The translations under genes and the position numbers were made by a program. The notes under the pieces were generated by a model, which did not search any database, was not told the DNA's origin, and was given only the letters and a program-made list of their open reading frames with translations. A DNA stretch of 64,000 nt from Macrostomum lignano (lineage: Eukaryota), in contig NIVC01001249.1 of the NCBI GenBank assembly GCA_002269645.1, forward strand, positions 162,654-226,653, read 5' to 3'. This document shows positions 23,501-37,647 of this stretch, piece after piece; within the stretch, counting starts at the first letter, position 1, and the number at the start of each line of letters is the position of its first letter.

Positions 23501-26500
23501 TTCACTCACTAAACACCGATTCACTCCAATTAAATCACCGATTCACTCACTAAATCACCGATTCTCTCACTGAATCACCAATTCACTCCAATTCAATCAC
23601 CAATTCACCAACAGAATCACCAATTTACTCACTGAAATCACCGATTCACTCACAAAATCACCGATTCACTCACTGAATCACCGATTCTCTCACTAAATCA
23701 CCTTTTTTACTCACTAAATCACCTTTTCACTCACTAAATCACCAACTGACTCCAATTCAATCACCGATTCACTCACCAATTCAACGATTCACTCACTGAA
23801 TCAACACTTCACTCACTAAATCACCGATTCACTCACTGAATTAACACTTCACTCACTAAATCACCGATTCACTCACTAAATCACTGATTCACTCAATAAA
23901 TCGCCGATTGACTCACCAAATTACCGATTCACTCACCAATTCACCGATTCACACACTGAATCACCGATTTGCTCAATAAATCACCGGTTCTCTTATCTAT
24001 TCACCGATTTATCAATTCACATATTCATTCACTTACTTAAAAATCGACTGACTCTTTGATTCACAAATCTCTTGAAACGTCAATTCACGGATTCACTAAT
24101 TAGACTATCCCCCTGATTCACCAATGCCAGGTTCACCAGTTCACCAATATGACGGCCGGTTTCATTGCGCTACAGGCTACCGGGACCCACAGGAACAGCT
24201 CAGGTCAGAACACACAGGAAAGTGAGATGTGGTACATAATTCGATCGCAGATCTGGCTGTGAACAATACCCCAGCTAATGCCTCCGACTCCCAAGTGAAT
24301 ATTTCCTGACCTGACAAATTTCGCTAATACGATCGCTATATGAAAGCCACCTGGGCTCCGGTACCCCCGGGACCCGACTCGCCGAGCTCGTAGTGTGGCG
24401 ACAATTCGCACATTTCAATATTGCGTCATCTGCACTCTCGCCTAATCTCTAGTCTAGAGCCTAAAATTGGAATCCCATACACCAATTTCGCACGTTTTGG
24501 CGCAAAGTCTGCGTGCAGATTACGCAATCAATCCAAAGGGGTGGTTGGTGTTTTGTTTTGTTCGATAAATGAATTCGCAATGGCTATTATGCGGCATACT
24601 ATGCAAATATGGGTCTAATTCGGTCACAATGAATTTTTTAGTCAGCTGATGACTCATCAGGTCAGCTGATGACCTTACTTGTCCTCCGACCAGCGCTATT
24701 TTGTACACTCATTTTTCAATTCTCAATCTATGGCTGAGACGGTTGCACCCAGTGAGACGATCTCTTCCTTGATCTGCTGCTCCGCCTTCTTCAGGCCCTT
24801 TCTGCTTTTACCCTTGTCTTCCCTGGTCTTCCACTCTCCTCCATTTTGTTGTTTCGCTCTTTAACCATCACCCTATCCTTTCCTCTTTTGCCTGCCTCAC
24901 AATCTGCCTCACCCTCTGCCCCACCCTCTGCATCACCCCCTGCATCACTCTCTGCATCACTCTCTGCATCACTCTCTGCATCACCCTCTGCATCACTCTC
25001 TGCATCACTCTCTGCATCACTCTCTGCATCACTCTCTGCATCACTCTCTGCATCACCCTCTGCATCACTCTCTGCATCACCCTCTGCATCACCCTCTGCA
25101 TCACTCTCTGCATCACTCTCTGCATCACCCTCTGCATCACTCTCTGCATCACTCTCTGCATCACTCTCTGCATCACTCTCTGCATCACCCTCTGCATCAC
25201 TCTCTGCATCACTCTCTGCATCACTCTCTGCATCACTCTCTGCATCACTCTCTGCATCACCTCTGCATCACTCTCTGCATCACTCTCTGCATCACTCTCT
25301 GCATCACTCTCTGCATCACTCTCTGCATCACCCTCTGCATCACCCTCTGCATCACTCTCTGCATCACCCTCTGCATCACTCTCTGCATCACCCTCTGCAT
25401 CACTCTCTGCATCACTCTCTGCATCACTCTCTGCATCACTCTATGCATCACTCTCTGCATCACCCTCTGCATCACTCTCTGCATCACTCTCTGCATCACC
25501 CTCTGCATCACCCTCTGCATCACCCTCTGCATCACTCTCTGCATCACTCTCTGCATCACTCTCTGCATCACTCTCTGCATCACTCTCTGCATCACTCTCT
25601 GCATCACCCTCTGCATCACTCTCTGCATCACTCTCTGCATCACCCTCTGCATCACTCTCTGCATCACTCTCTGCATCACCCTCTGCATCACTCTCTGCAT
25701 CACTCTCTGCATCACTCTCTGCATCACTCTCTGCATCACTCTCTGCATCACCCTCTGCATCACCCTCTGCATCACTCTCTGCATCACCATCTGTCTTCCT
25801 TTTCCTCACCTTCTGCCTCACCCTCTGCCTCCCCTTTGCCTCACCCTTTGGTTCCAAGACCCAAAATATAATACAACATGCTTCCCGAAAAATTTACCCC
25901 CATTTAAACCAGAGGGCAGCTGACCCCCCCCCCCTGCTTCTCTTTTATCTCTCTCCCCTCTCTCTCTCCTTCATCATCCTACCCCTCAGCTATTCCCTCA
26001 GCTATTCTCTATGCCTCAGCTTCCTCCATTCAGATAATTTTTAAAGAAGATAATTTCAGCTTTTCAAACTAAAATTAAAGTCATTTCACTACTAGCCATA
26101 GCTACTACTGAAAGTAAGAAAATCGAACTATGCAGTTTTTCTCGACAAAGACTGTCAGAAAGAATATTAGTACAAAAACGAACTCTAATAATAGATGAGA
26201 AAAACAAGAATCAAGCGACCGGGGCTTCTTGCACGTGACGAATGAAGTTTGTATTAAATAACGACGCAGAAGAGCAAAATATTCATTGGGCTTCCTATAA
26301 AATAGTCATGAATGTTCGGATTGCAAAAAGCTCTGCCTTTTCTCCTCCCATATTACCCTCTCGTTCCCCTCTCGTTCCCTCTCGTTCCCTCTTGTTCCCC
26401 TCTCGTTCCCCTCTCGTTCCCCTCTCGTTCCCCTCTCGCTCCCCTCTCGTTCCCCTCCCGTTCCTTTCTCATTCCCCTCTCGTTCCCCTCGCTCCCCTCT

Positions 26501-29500
26501 CGTTCCCCTCTCGTCCCCCTCTCGTTCCCCTCGCTCCCTCTCGTCCCTCTCGTTCCCCTCTCGCTCCTCTCTTGCTTCCCTCTCGCTCCCCTCTCGTTCC
26601 CCTCCCGTTCCTTTCTCATTCCCCTCTCGTTCCCCTCGCTCCCCTCTCGTTCCCCTCTCGTCCCCCTCTCGTTCCCCTCGCTCCCCTCTCGTCCCCTCTC
26701 GCTCCCCTCTCGCTCCTCTCTTGCTTCCCTCTCGCTCCCCTCTCGCTCCCCTCTCGCTCCTCTCTCGCTTCCCTCTCGCTCCCCTCTCGCTCCTCTCTCG
26801 CTTCCCTCTCGCTCCCCTCTCGCTCCACTCTCATCCCCCTTCTTGATTCCCTCTCGTTCCCTCTCGTTCCCCTCTCGTCCCCCTCTCGTTCCCCTCGCTC
26901 CCTCTCGCTCCCCTCTCGTTCCTCTCTCGTCCTCCTCTCGTTCCCCTCTCGCTCCTCTTTCGCTTCCCTCTCGCTCCCCTCTCGCTCCCCTCTCATTCCC
27001 TTCTAGTTCCCCTCCCGTTCCCCTCTCATTCCCCTCCCGTTCCCCTCTCATTCCCCTCTCGTTCCCCTCTCATTCCCCTCCCGTTCCCCTCTCGCTCCCC
27101 TCTCGTCCCCCTCTCATTCCCTTCCTGTTCTCCCGTTCCCCCAGCCTGCCTCTCTTTCTCTCCCAGCGGTAAGCCGCAGTTGTCTCACCAGTTTTGGGCT
27201 CCAAATCGGCTGGTTTCACCTGCATCGGGCGAGTCATCTGCGGGCGGAGCAAAGTGGGGATGGTTAATAGGGGGATAAACTGGGAATAAAATTGAGGGGT
27301 GATAATTTTGGAATTTCAAAGGCAAATTATGCTAGCGCAAGCTGGTGCCCGACTGAAGTCGGTCCTGCAGTAATCAGTGAACACGTTGCAGCTTGTCGCA
27401 CCTGATAAGCATACAGTCCCCCAAGGCGGGGCACTTCGCATAATGAGAGCTCAAAGGGAATTTTATCCCATCTGTTTTTGGGATTAGCTTTTATTCGAAA
27501 TTAAGATAAAAAACAGCCAGCTGCGAAGATGATCGACTTGAAATTCGCGTCAAAGGAGACGGGCGAAAGAGGCGGCTGGTCGGCTTTAATTATTTTATGC
27601 CCCCCGTGTCTTCAGGGCTGTCGTAGGGGGCAAAAGATGAGATGGTTTTTTAATTATCCGTTATCGATTTCACTCGGAAATTAGATTTCAGTGTGCGACA
27701 GCGATAAAAAAAATTTGATAGAGATTGATGCAAATTGATTAAGATTGGTTGAGACTGATAGAAATTGATTGAGATTGATAGAGATTGATAGAGATTGATG
27801 GAGATTGATGCAAATTGATTAAGATTGGTTGAGACTGATAGAAATTGATTGAGATTGATAGAGATTGATAGAGATTGATGGAGATTGATGCAAATTGATT
27901 AAGATTGGTTGAGACTGATAGAAATTGATTGAGATTGATAGAGATTGATAGAGATTGATGGAGATTGATGCAAATTGATTAAGATTGGTTGAGACTGATA
28001 GAAATTGATTGAGATTGATAGAGATTGATAAACATTGATAGACATTGATAGAAACTGACATTGATATATTGACATTGACATTGATAGAAATTGATACACA
28101 TTGATTAAAATTGATAGAGATTCATAGAAATTGGTTGAGGTTGATAGAGATTGATAGAAATTGGTAGAGATTGATAGAGATTGATAGAGATTGGTAGAGA
28201 TTGATAGAGATTGATAGAGATTGATAGAGATTGATGGAGATTGATAGTCATTGGTAGAGATTGATAGAGATTGATAGAAATTGGTAGAGATTGATAGAGA
28301 TTGATAGAGATTGATAGAGATTGATGGAGATTGATAGTCATTGATAGATATGATAGACATTGATAGAAATTGGTAGAGATTGATAGAGATTGATAGAGAT
28401 TGGTAGTGATTGGTAGAGATTGATAGAGATTGATAGAGATTGATAGAGATCGATAGAGATTGATAGTCATTGGTGGAGATTGATAGAGATTGATAGTCAT
28501 TGGTAGAGATTGATAGAGATTGATAGAGATTGATAGAGATTGATGGAGATTGATAGAGATTGACAAGAGAAAGATGGGCAGCTGCAGGTAGTCAACTCCA
28601 CTCACCCCCGGCAGGGTGCACTGGTCGTGCAGCACCGACTGACAGCGGATGGCGCTGTCCTTCTGGGCGAACGTCAGGAATGCGCAGCCTGCGGGCGGAT
28701 CGGAGCGGCATAAATTTCTTGCACACCCCTGCCTGCCCCTCTTGCACACCCCTGCCTGCCCCTCTTGCACACCCCTGCCTACCCTTTTGCACACCCCTGC
28801 CTGCCCCTCTTGCACACACCTGCCTGCCCTTTTGCACACCCCTGCCTACCCTTTTGCACACCCCTGCCTGTCCTCTTGCACACCACTGCCTGTCCTCTTG
28901 CACACACCTGCCTGCCCCTCTTGCACACACCTGCCTGCCCTTTTGCACACCCCTGCCTGCCCTCTTGCACACCCCTGCCTGTCCTCTTGCACACCCCTGC
29001 CTGTCCTCTTGCACACTCCTGCCTGCCCTTTTGCACACCCCTGCCTACCCTTTTGCACACCCCTGCCTGTCCTCTTGCACACACCTGCCTGCCCTTTTGC
29101 ACACCCCTGCCTGCCCTTTTGCACACCCCTGCCTGCCCTCTTGCACACCCCTGCCTGTCCTCTTGCACACCCCTGCCTGTCCTCTTGCACACTCCTGCCT
29201 GCCCTTTTACACACCCCTGCCTACCCTCTTGCACATCCCTGCCTGCCCTCTTGCACAACCCTGCCTGTCCTCTTGCACACTCCTGCCTGCCCTCTTGCAC
29301 ACCCCTGCCTGCCCTTTTGCACACCCCTGCCTGCCCTCTTGCACACCCCTGCCTGTCCTCTTGCAAACTCCTGCCTGCCCTCTTGCACACCCCTGCCTGC
29401 CCTTTTGCACACCCCTGCCTGCCCTCTTGCACACCCCTGCCTGTCCTCTTGCACACTCCTGCCTGCCCTCTTGCACACCCCTGCCTGCCCTTTTGCACAC

Positions 29501-32500
29501 CCCTGCCTACCCTCTTGCACATCCCTGCCTGCCCTCTTGCACACCCCTGCCTGCCCCTCTTGCACACCCCTGCCTGTCCTCTTGCACACCCCTGCCTGCC
29601 ATCTTGCACATCCCTGCCTGCCCCTCTTGCACACCCCTGCCTGTCCTCTTGCACACCCCTGCCTGCCATCTTGCACATCCCTGCCTGCCCCTCTTGCACA
29701 CCCCTGCCTGCCCCTCTTGCACACCCCTGCCTGTCCTCTTGCACACCCCTGCCTGCCATCTTGCACATCCCTGCCTGCCCCTCTTGCACACCCCTGCCTG
29801 TCCTCTTGCACACCCCTGCCTGCCATCTTGCACATCCCTGCCTGCCCCTCTTGCACACCCCTACCTACCCTTTTGCACACCTGTGGAGATCTACCTGGTT
29901 CCAGAATGTTTCGGAGCGAGTTAATAAAGCTCATGTTTTATTAAAAATTGATTATTATCGACTAACAATTGAATTATAGAGGTTTGCCATCCCGCAGCGG
30001 GATTAACGTAGGGAGCCTCCAGGAGCGGGGATCGAGTCCCACGCGCCGACTCTCCCACCTGAATAGCCTATGTGGGACAGCGGAAATGGCCTCTTAATTA
30101 AAATCCCGCCCCAACTCTGTCACCTCCGCGCAAAATTAATAAAGCAAGCTTGATGAGGCTCAGCGGAGGCTGGGGGCGGAAAAGGGAGTTGGAGCGCTTT
30201 TTTGACTGGAGCGGAGGGGCTGTTATTTCCCTTTAATTCCCTCCGGATTTGGCATTCAACACGTGCCTCACGGATGCTGCGCGAAATGAGTAGCCTAAAA
30301 TCCCCGCCCAATTCGAATCCCCCCAGGAAGATGTCTCGTGTTTCTCCCTTGCCTCTGCCAGCCCTCGAGCCCCCCTGCCCTCTGCCACCAGACGATTGCG
30401 CACCTGGGCCCCCGCTCCGTTCTCAGGAAAATTGGCCATTAAGTTTCTTTTGAAACTGTGTTGACGAAAGCAGATCATTTGCTGCTTCTGCCTTGCTGCT
30501 GCAGAAAAGCCGTCCTCCCATCACCCGCCCTCAGTTCCTCTCGTCACCCGCCCTCAGCTCCTCCCGTCACCCTCCCTCAGCTCCTTTCATCACCCGCCTC
30601 AGCTCCTCCCGTCACCCGCCCTCAGTTCCTCTCGTCACCCGCCCTCAGCTCCTCCCGTCACCCTCCCTCAGCTCCTTTCATCACCCGCCTCAGCTCCTCC
30701 CGTCACCCGCCCTCAGCTCCTCCCGTCACCCGCCCTCAGCTCCTCCCGTCACCCGCCCTCAGCTCCTCCCGTCACCCGCCCTCAGCTCCTCCCGTCACCC
30801 GCCCTCAGCTCCTCCCGTCATCCGCCCTCAGCTCCTCCCGTCATCCGCCCTCAGCTCCTCCCGTCACCCGCCCTCAGCTCCTCCCGTCACCCGCCCTCAG
30901 CTCCTCCCGTCACCCGCCTCAGCTCCTCCCGTCACCCGCCCTCAGCTCCTCCCGTCACCCGCCCTCAGCTCCTCCCGTCACCCGCCCTCAGCTCCTCCCG
31001 TCACCCGCCCTCAGCTCCTCCCGTCACCCGCCCTCAGCTCCTCCCGTCACCCGCCCTCAGCTCCTCCCGTCACCCGCCCTCAGCTCCTCCCGTCACCCGC
31101 CCTCAGCTCCACCCATCACCAGCCACCTGTCCTCTCCCCTCTCCCTCACCTGTCTCACACCTCTTTTCATGCCAAAATACCCTCCCACGACTCACCGCAG
31201 AAGCCCTGTATACCAAACACGCTTACTCTTCCTATATCATTCAAAGCTGATGCAGTGGAGAGACTGGGGAAGGAATGAAGATCCTAAGTGCCTCTGTAAT
31301 AACTAAAGGTTTCCTCACGGGACATGCGTGCGAGCAGAAGAGCAGAGGGTCCGGTCAGGAAGATTGGAGTAGAGATCCGATTCGGGGTCAAGGGCGAGAG
31401 CTGTGTAAAAAACTGCATGGAGCGTCTGAGCCCCAGAGATTATCCACTAAATTTATTGTATTAAAAGTCCTCGCAATCCCCTTTTAAAAACTCTTTTATA
31501 AATAGGCAGCCCCCACCCAGTCGTGCATTCAATTTCTCCCTTTGTATCTGCCCGAAACGTTTCTGGGAATTGGGAGCGAAACTGCATGCAAGACAATACA
31601 GCGGCTGAATCAGGACTTCAGTCTGCTGCAGTCACGGATGCGAGTTGCCGACCAAGCTGGGGACTCTGACTTTTCATCCTCAAATCCCAAGGCCGCGCTC
31701 CTAGCATGCTCGCCCAAAAACCCATCATTTACAGCTGCTGACTCAGTCCGCCTCTCATCACATCTCTCACCCTACCTCACCGAATCACGCTACCGCTCTC
31801 ACCCTACCTCACCGAATCACGCTACCGCTCTCACCCTACCTCACCGAATCACGCTACCGCTCTCACCCTACCTCACCGAATCACGCTACCGCTCTCACTC
31901 TACCTCACCGAATCACGCTAACGCTCTCACCCTACCTTACCGAATCACGCTACCGCTCTCACTCTACCTCACTGCGTCACTCTACCGCTCTCACCCTACC
32001 TCATCGAATCACGCTACCGCTCTCACCCTACCTCACTGCGTCACTCTACCGCTCTCGCCCTAACTCATCGAATCACGCTACCGCTCTCACCCTACCTCAT
32101 CGAATCACGCTACCACTCTCACCCTACCTCACCGAATCACGCTACCGCTCCCACTCTACCTCACCGCGTCACTCTACCACTCTCACTCTACCTCACTGAA
32201 TCACGCTACCGCTCTCACCCTACCTCATTGCGTCATTCTACAACTCTCACCCTACCTCACTGCGTCACTCTACCACTCTCACCCTACCTCACTGCGTCAC
32301 TCTACCACTCTCACCCTACCTCATTGCGTCATTCTACCACTCTCACCCTACCTCACTGCGTCACTCTACCACTCTCACCCTACCTCATTGCGTCATTCTA
32401 CCACTCTCACCCTACCTCATTGCGTCATTCTACCACTCTCACCCTACCTCATTGCGTCACTTTACCATTCTCACCCTACCTCACTGCGTCACTCTACCAT

Positions 32501-32814
32501 TCTCACCCTACCACTCAAACTATACGTTTGCTATTTCTTCACTCTACTCCTCATACTCTGCCTAGCTCCGAAATTTTATCCTTCTCATTCTACATCAATC
32601 TTCACACAGCATCCGACAGCATCGCCTCACCCTTGTGTACTCCAGTCAGGCGGTCTCTGAGCACTGTCAGGTCCAGAATCTGTCCAAACTTCTCAAACAT
32701 CGGGCGCAGCGACTCGGCGTCCATGCTGCGGGGTATCTGGCCAACGAAAAGCTTCATCAGCCTGGCCGGAGGCTGGGCCGGCACGAGCTCTTGGTTGTGA
32801 CAGCTTGACAGCAT
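17522..32814 (-). CDS. CELF: CELF3-6 / Bruno-like (unc-75/bru3-type) RNA-binding protein with 3 RRMs; exons 32814-32631, 28688-28606, 27237-27189, 22069-21861, 20866-20708, 20082-19764, 17904-17522; 461 aa
   Basis: RRM1 KLFVGQIP...[12 protein letters not shown]|CAFLTF; linker [11 protein letters not shown]; RRM2 KLFVGML...SKGCAFIKF; Q/P-rich divergent domain; RRM3 [13 protein letters not shown]...[11 protein letters not shown]...[19 protein letters not shown]. All six introns are GT-AG with matching phases (1,0,1,0,0,1); spliced length 1386 nt including stop. Confidence 0.92.
17972..18650. repeat. 20-bp minisatellite GTGGACATTATGGCACACAG (CELF intron 6)
   Basis: Directly visible. Confidence 0.95.
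18835..19655. repeat. 22-bp minisatellite GGGATTGATTATCTGGGGAATT (CELF intron 6)
   Basis: Directly visible. Confidence 0.95.
20165..20600. repeat. ~23-bp minisatellite GATGGGATCAATTTGGGATCATA (CELF intron 5)
   Basis: Directly visible, degenerating to the right. Confidence 0.85.
21001..21842. repeat. 23-bp minisatellite GATTCAGGGAAGCAGTGAAGAAT (CELF intron 4)
   Basis: Period 23. Confidence 0.95.
22297..22621 (-). CDS. CELF: Putative alternative first coding exon of the CELF gene (108 aa, Q/H/N-rich) joining exon 22069-21861
   Basis: GCCACCATG start at 22621 with an in-frame TAA 9 nt upstream; G|GTAAGT phase-1 donor at 22296 matches the phase-1 acceptor of the RRM2 exon. Confidence 0.65.
23390..23990. 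repeat. Degenerate ~20-bp minisatellite TCACTCACTAAATCACCGAT (CELF intron 3)
   Basis: Directly visible. Confidence 0.85.
24905..25790. repeat. 12-bp minisatellite CATCAC(T/C)CTCTG (CELF intron 3)
   Basis: Directly visible; source of the spurious VMQR/HHSL ORFs. Confidence 0.97.
26355..27130. repeat. Pyrimidine-rich ~11-bp repeat CCCTCTCG(T/C)TC (CELF intron 3)
   Basis: Directly visible. Confidence 0.9.
27715..28562. repeat. 10-bp repeat GATTGATAGA with an 80-bp higher-order block (CELF intron 2)
   Basis: CAAATTGATTAAGATTGG at 27731, 27811, 27891, 27971. Confidence 0.93.
28717..29880. repeat. 22-23-bp minisatellite CTTGCACACCCCTGCCTGCCCT (CELF intron 1)
   Basis: Directly visible. Confidence 0.95.
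30515..31110. repeat. 23-bp minisatellite GTCACCCGCCCTCAGCTCCTCCC (CELF intron 1)
   Basis: Period 23. Confidence 0.95.
31775..32510. repeat. 32-bp minisatellite ACCCTACCTCACCGAATCACGCTACCGCTCTC (CELF intron 1)
   Basis: Period 32, with a variant gradient along the array. Confidence 0.93.
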
Positions 32815-33104
32815 TGTGACTTGGGGAAAAAGACTCTACTGTCTGCCTCTGTCTCAGTCACTGAGGACTCATCAGAAAATTTGATACTCCAGTCTGAGAG
32901 GCAACATTTCTTGAGGAGAGCGGATGTTCCACAGCAGAGGAACTCGATTGGGCCACCGCCGCGATTGGCTCGCAGTTTCTGCTTCTAAAAGGCTCAAGCA
33001 AATCGTTGGCAGTTCATCTTTTTATATTGCAAAGGTGAAGCTATCTTTTCATTAGAGAAGTCAAATGGCAGCCTCTTGCTGCTGAAGAGCAGAGAAGAAA
33101 GGAG

Positions 33105-34330
33105 ACTTGAAGGGTGGGAGAAGAAGGGGTTTGAAGGGTAGAGAAAAAGGGAGAGTTGAAAGGTAGAGAAGAAGCGAAGCTTGAAGGGTAGAGAAGAAGG
33201 GAGGCTTGAAGGGTAGAGAAGAAGCGAAGCTTGAAGGGTAGAGAAGAAGGGAGGCTTGAAGGGTAGAGAAGAAGGGAGGCTTGAAGCGTGAAGAAGAAGG
33301 GAGGCTTGAAGGGTAGAGAAGAAGCGAAGCTTGAAGGGTAGAGAAGAAGGGAGGCTTGAAGGGTAGAGAAGAAGGGAGGCTTGAAGCGTGAAGAAGAAGG
33401 GAGGCTTGAAGGGTAGAGAAGAAGCGAAGCTTGAAGGGTAGAGAAGAAGGGAGGCTTGAAGGGTAGAGAAGAAGGGAGGCTTGAAGCGTGAAGAAGAAGG
33501 GAGGCTTGAAGGGTAGAGTAGAAGGGAGGCTTGAAGGGTAGAGAAGAAGGGAGGTTTGAAGGGTAGAGAAGAAGCGAGGCTTGAAGGGTAGAGAAGAAGC
33601 GAGGCTTGAAAGGTAGAGAAGAAGGGAGGCTTGAAGGGTAGAGAAGAAGCGAAGCTTGAAGGGTAGAGAAGAAGCGAGGCTTGAAAGGTAGAGAAGAAGG
33701 GAGGCTTGAAGGGTAGAGAAGAAGCGAAGCTTGAAGGGTAGAGAAGAAGCGAGGCTTGAAAGGTAGAGAAGAAGGGAGGCTTGAAGGGTAGAGAAGAAGC
33801 GAAGCTTGAAGGGTAGAGAAGAAGCGAGGCTTGAAAGGTAGAGAAGAAGGGAGGCTTGAAGGGTAGAGAAGAAGCGAAGCTTGAAGGGTAGAGAAAAAGG
33901 GAGAGTTGAAGGGTAGAGAAGAAGCGAAGCTTGAAGGGTAGAGAAGAAGCGAAGCTTGAAGGGTAGAGAAGAAGCGAAGCTTGAAGGGTAGAGAAGAAGC
34001 GAAGCTTGAAGGGTAGAGAAGAAGGGAGGCTTGAAGGGTAGAGAAGAAGCGAGGCTTGAAAGGTAGAGAAGAAGGGAGGCTTGAAGGGTAGAGAAGAAGG
34101 GAGGCTTGAAGGGTAGAGAAGAAGGGAGGCTTGAAGCGTGAAGAAGAAGGGAGGCTTGAAGTGTAGAGAAGAAGGGAGGCTTGAAGCGTGAAGAAGAAGG
34201 GAGGCTTGAATGGTAGAGAAGAAGGGAGGCTTGAAGGGTAGAGAAGAAGGGAGGCTTGAAGGGTAGAGAAGAAGGGAGGCTTGAAGCGTGGAGAAGAAGG
34301 GAGGGTTGAAGAGTAGAGAAGAAGGGAGGG
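33105..34330. repeat. 25-bp purine-rich minisatellite GAAGGGTAGAGAAGAAGGGAGGCTT
   Basis: Period 25. Confidence 0.95.
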
Positions 34331-34780
34331 TGGGCGGATAAATCCACAGGGTGCAAGGCGGAGTTCATATATTACAGAGAGGCATTACAATTCAAGATTC
34401 AAGTAATTAACGAGTCCCAAAACAGGTGAATTCGCGGCACAGCAGAGCAACCCGAGACGGAGAAGCCAACCTTCCGTTCTTCCGTGACAGAAATCCCGGC
34501 CTGCGAGGCTGAACTTCCTGCCGCTTCAAGCAGTCCCGTTTCCCTCTCACTCTCTCCCTCACTCACTCACTGCCGCTTACGGCGGCTCGTTGTGTCAAAG
34601 CGCGTTTTGATTTCAATGAGCTCAGAAACAAAGAGACAGGTTGTAGCGAGCTGCAGAATCAGAGCTGGCCCGTGCTGAGACTGCGGCTGTCTCCTGACCC
34701 CATCCTTCTCAGGGCGTTCCACTGCTTGCATTGCAAACAGCTTTTCCTGCTCAAGGCTGGGCGATTCGTTACTGCAGCTC

Positions 34781-35322
<542 letters not shown>

Positions 35323-36679
35323 TCCTCTGCAGCCCGAAAAACGGACAATGTGCCTCACCCGGAAACCATGCCGAAATCGCCGAAGCCCAGGAGAGGCTGC
35401 TGGCCCAGATGGGAGCTCATTTACCCCCCGCAGGCTTCAGGCCATCTCAGCCGCCTCTCCCAGGCAATTCGCGCCCACTTGAAGCCACGTGGCTGCAGCT
35501 GCAGCTGCCATGAGGAATCCAATCTCCACATGCCACAGGTGCAACTCGGGTCAGAATTAATTCCTAATAATTTCACAGCACAGCAGCGCCAGCAGCATTC
35601 TCGCCAAGGTCTGACATCCTCTGCCTCAACGTGGCGTTCACAGCCCCGCAGCGCCTTAGTTCTGCGGGTCTTTTGCACGTCTAACTCCCGCTTTCAATCT
35701 GCTAAACCCAATTACACCAATGCCCTTATTTACTCAATTCACACAGTTCAATCGATTCACGCAATTCACCCTATTAACTTTATTCACAACATTCACTTAC
35801 TCATCTATTTACCACATTCACCTCATTCACCTCATTCACCTATTAATCACATTCACATAAATCATTCATTCACCACATTCATTACATTTATCCCCATTCA
35901 CAGTATTCACTTGTTCATCCTTTCACCACATTCACCTCATTCACCTATTCATCACATTCACTTAAATAATCGATTCACAACATTCACTTACTCATCCATT
36001 CACCACATTCACTAATTTACCACATTCTCAAAATTTATCCCCATTAATCCATTCACCATGTGACGCCTCATGGTTGCGCCACTTTTGATGCGTTTCTACT
36101 GACAAGTTTTTTTAATGTACAAGTACAACTGTACTTACTGATCAAAGCGTGGAGCCCTGCCCGGCCGGCCAGCGTGAGCTGTTTTAGCTTATTGGACTTG
36201 AATGTGATCTTTTTTTGCACGGCACGTTGCCCGTCACTTGCGTGTCACAATATAAATATCATAGAAGAGGCTTGATGGTGTTAACAAGTCGTGAATCTCA
36301 GCCTAACAAAGTTGACTCTGAGTTTTTAATACGGAGCGATAAACGACATTCACCCCATTCACCCATTCACCAAATTTACCCCAATTCACCCCATTCATCT
36401 TATTCTCCGTTATTCACCCCATTCACCCACTCACCCCATTTATGCCATTCACCGCATTCACCGTTATTCACCATCATTCACCCCGTTGACCCCATTCACT
36501 ATCATTCACCCCATTCATCCCGTTCATCCCATTCAACCATCAACTACATTTACCCTCATTCACCATCATTCAACCCATTCATCCCATTCATCCCATTCAA
36601 CCATCAACAACATTCAGTGCTGTAACAATGAATTTAATGAACAGTGCCGTGACATTATTAAGGGGAGTAGCTTCCCTCT

Positions 36680-37000
36680 CTCCCCTCTGCCTCTCACTCT
36701 CCCTCTCACTCTCCCTCACTCCCCTCTGCCTCTCACTCTCCCTCACTCCCCTCTGCCTCTCACTCTCCCTCACTCCCCTCTGCCTCTCACTCTCGCTCTC
36801 TCCCCTCTGCCTCTCACTCTCCCTCTCTCCCCTCTGCCTCTCACTCTCCCTCTCTCCCCTCTGCCTCTCACTCTCCCTCTCTCCACTCTGCCTCTCACTC
36901 TCCCTCTCTCCCCTCTGCCTCTCACTCTCGCTCTCTCCACTCTGCCTCTCACTCTCGCTCTCTCCCCTCTGCCTCTCACTCTCCCTCTCTCCCTCTGCCT
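36680..37000. repeat. 27-bp CT-rich minisatellite CCCCTCTGCCTCTCACTCTCCCTC(A/T)CT
   Basis: Period 27. Confidence 0.92.
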
Positions 37001-37647
37001 CTCACTCTGCCTCTCTTATCTCCTCTCCCTCTCCCTCTCTTATCTCCTCTCCCTCTCCCTCGCTCTCTCTCACTCTTGCTCTCATTTTTACACTCCCTCT
37101 TCCTGGACTTTCTGCCATTTCTTCTTTTCTTCCTAATCCAAATTTTGCAAATTCTTTCCTTTAAAATTTTAATGGATTCCAACGCGGGCCAGAAGCAGAG
37201 CAGAAGTTGAGCTGAGCACAGCTGAGCAAATTCTGTTCCAAACAGTAAGTCGTCAACTACTTGACAACCCGCTGCCAGAATCCAGACAGCCTCATCCTCA
37301 AGTGCGTGACCCTCTGCTCATCGACTCCCATAACGAGTCCCAGATTCGAGCCTTGGCCACGCAAGTAACAGCGGCAGCGGCGGCAGCTACAGTCGAAGGG
37401 CGAGAGGGGTGTGTGGGTCGCCATCTCGTCGCACATTGCTGCTTTTGATACGTTTTGAGAGGATCAGCTTTCGGCACAAAAGACTACAGCGACGGCTGCT
37501 ACATATCTAAGGGAAAATTATTTTTTTAGTTAAACTGAATAGTTCAGTGACTGAGGTGCTGACTGTGCTACCTCAGTTGGATGACCAAACTTAGAAATTC
37601 TCAGCAGAGTGACTCAATCAGCGAGTACTTTCAGATATATATTCCCT

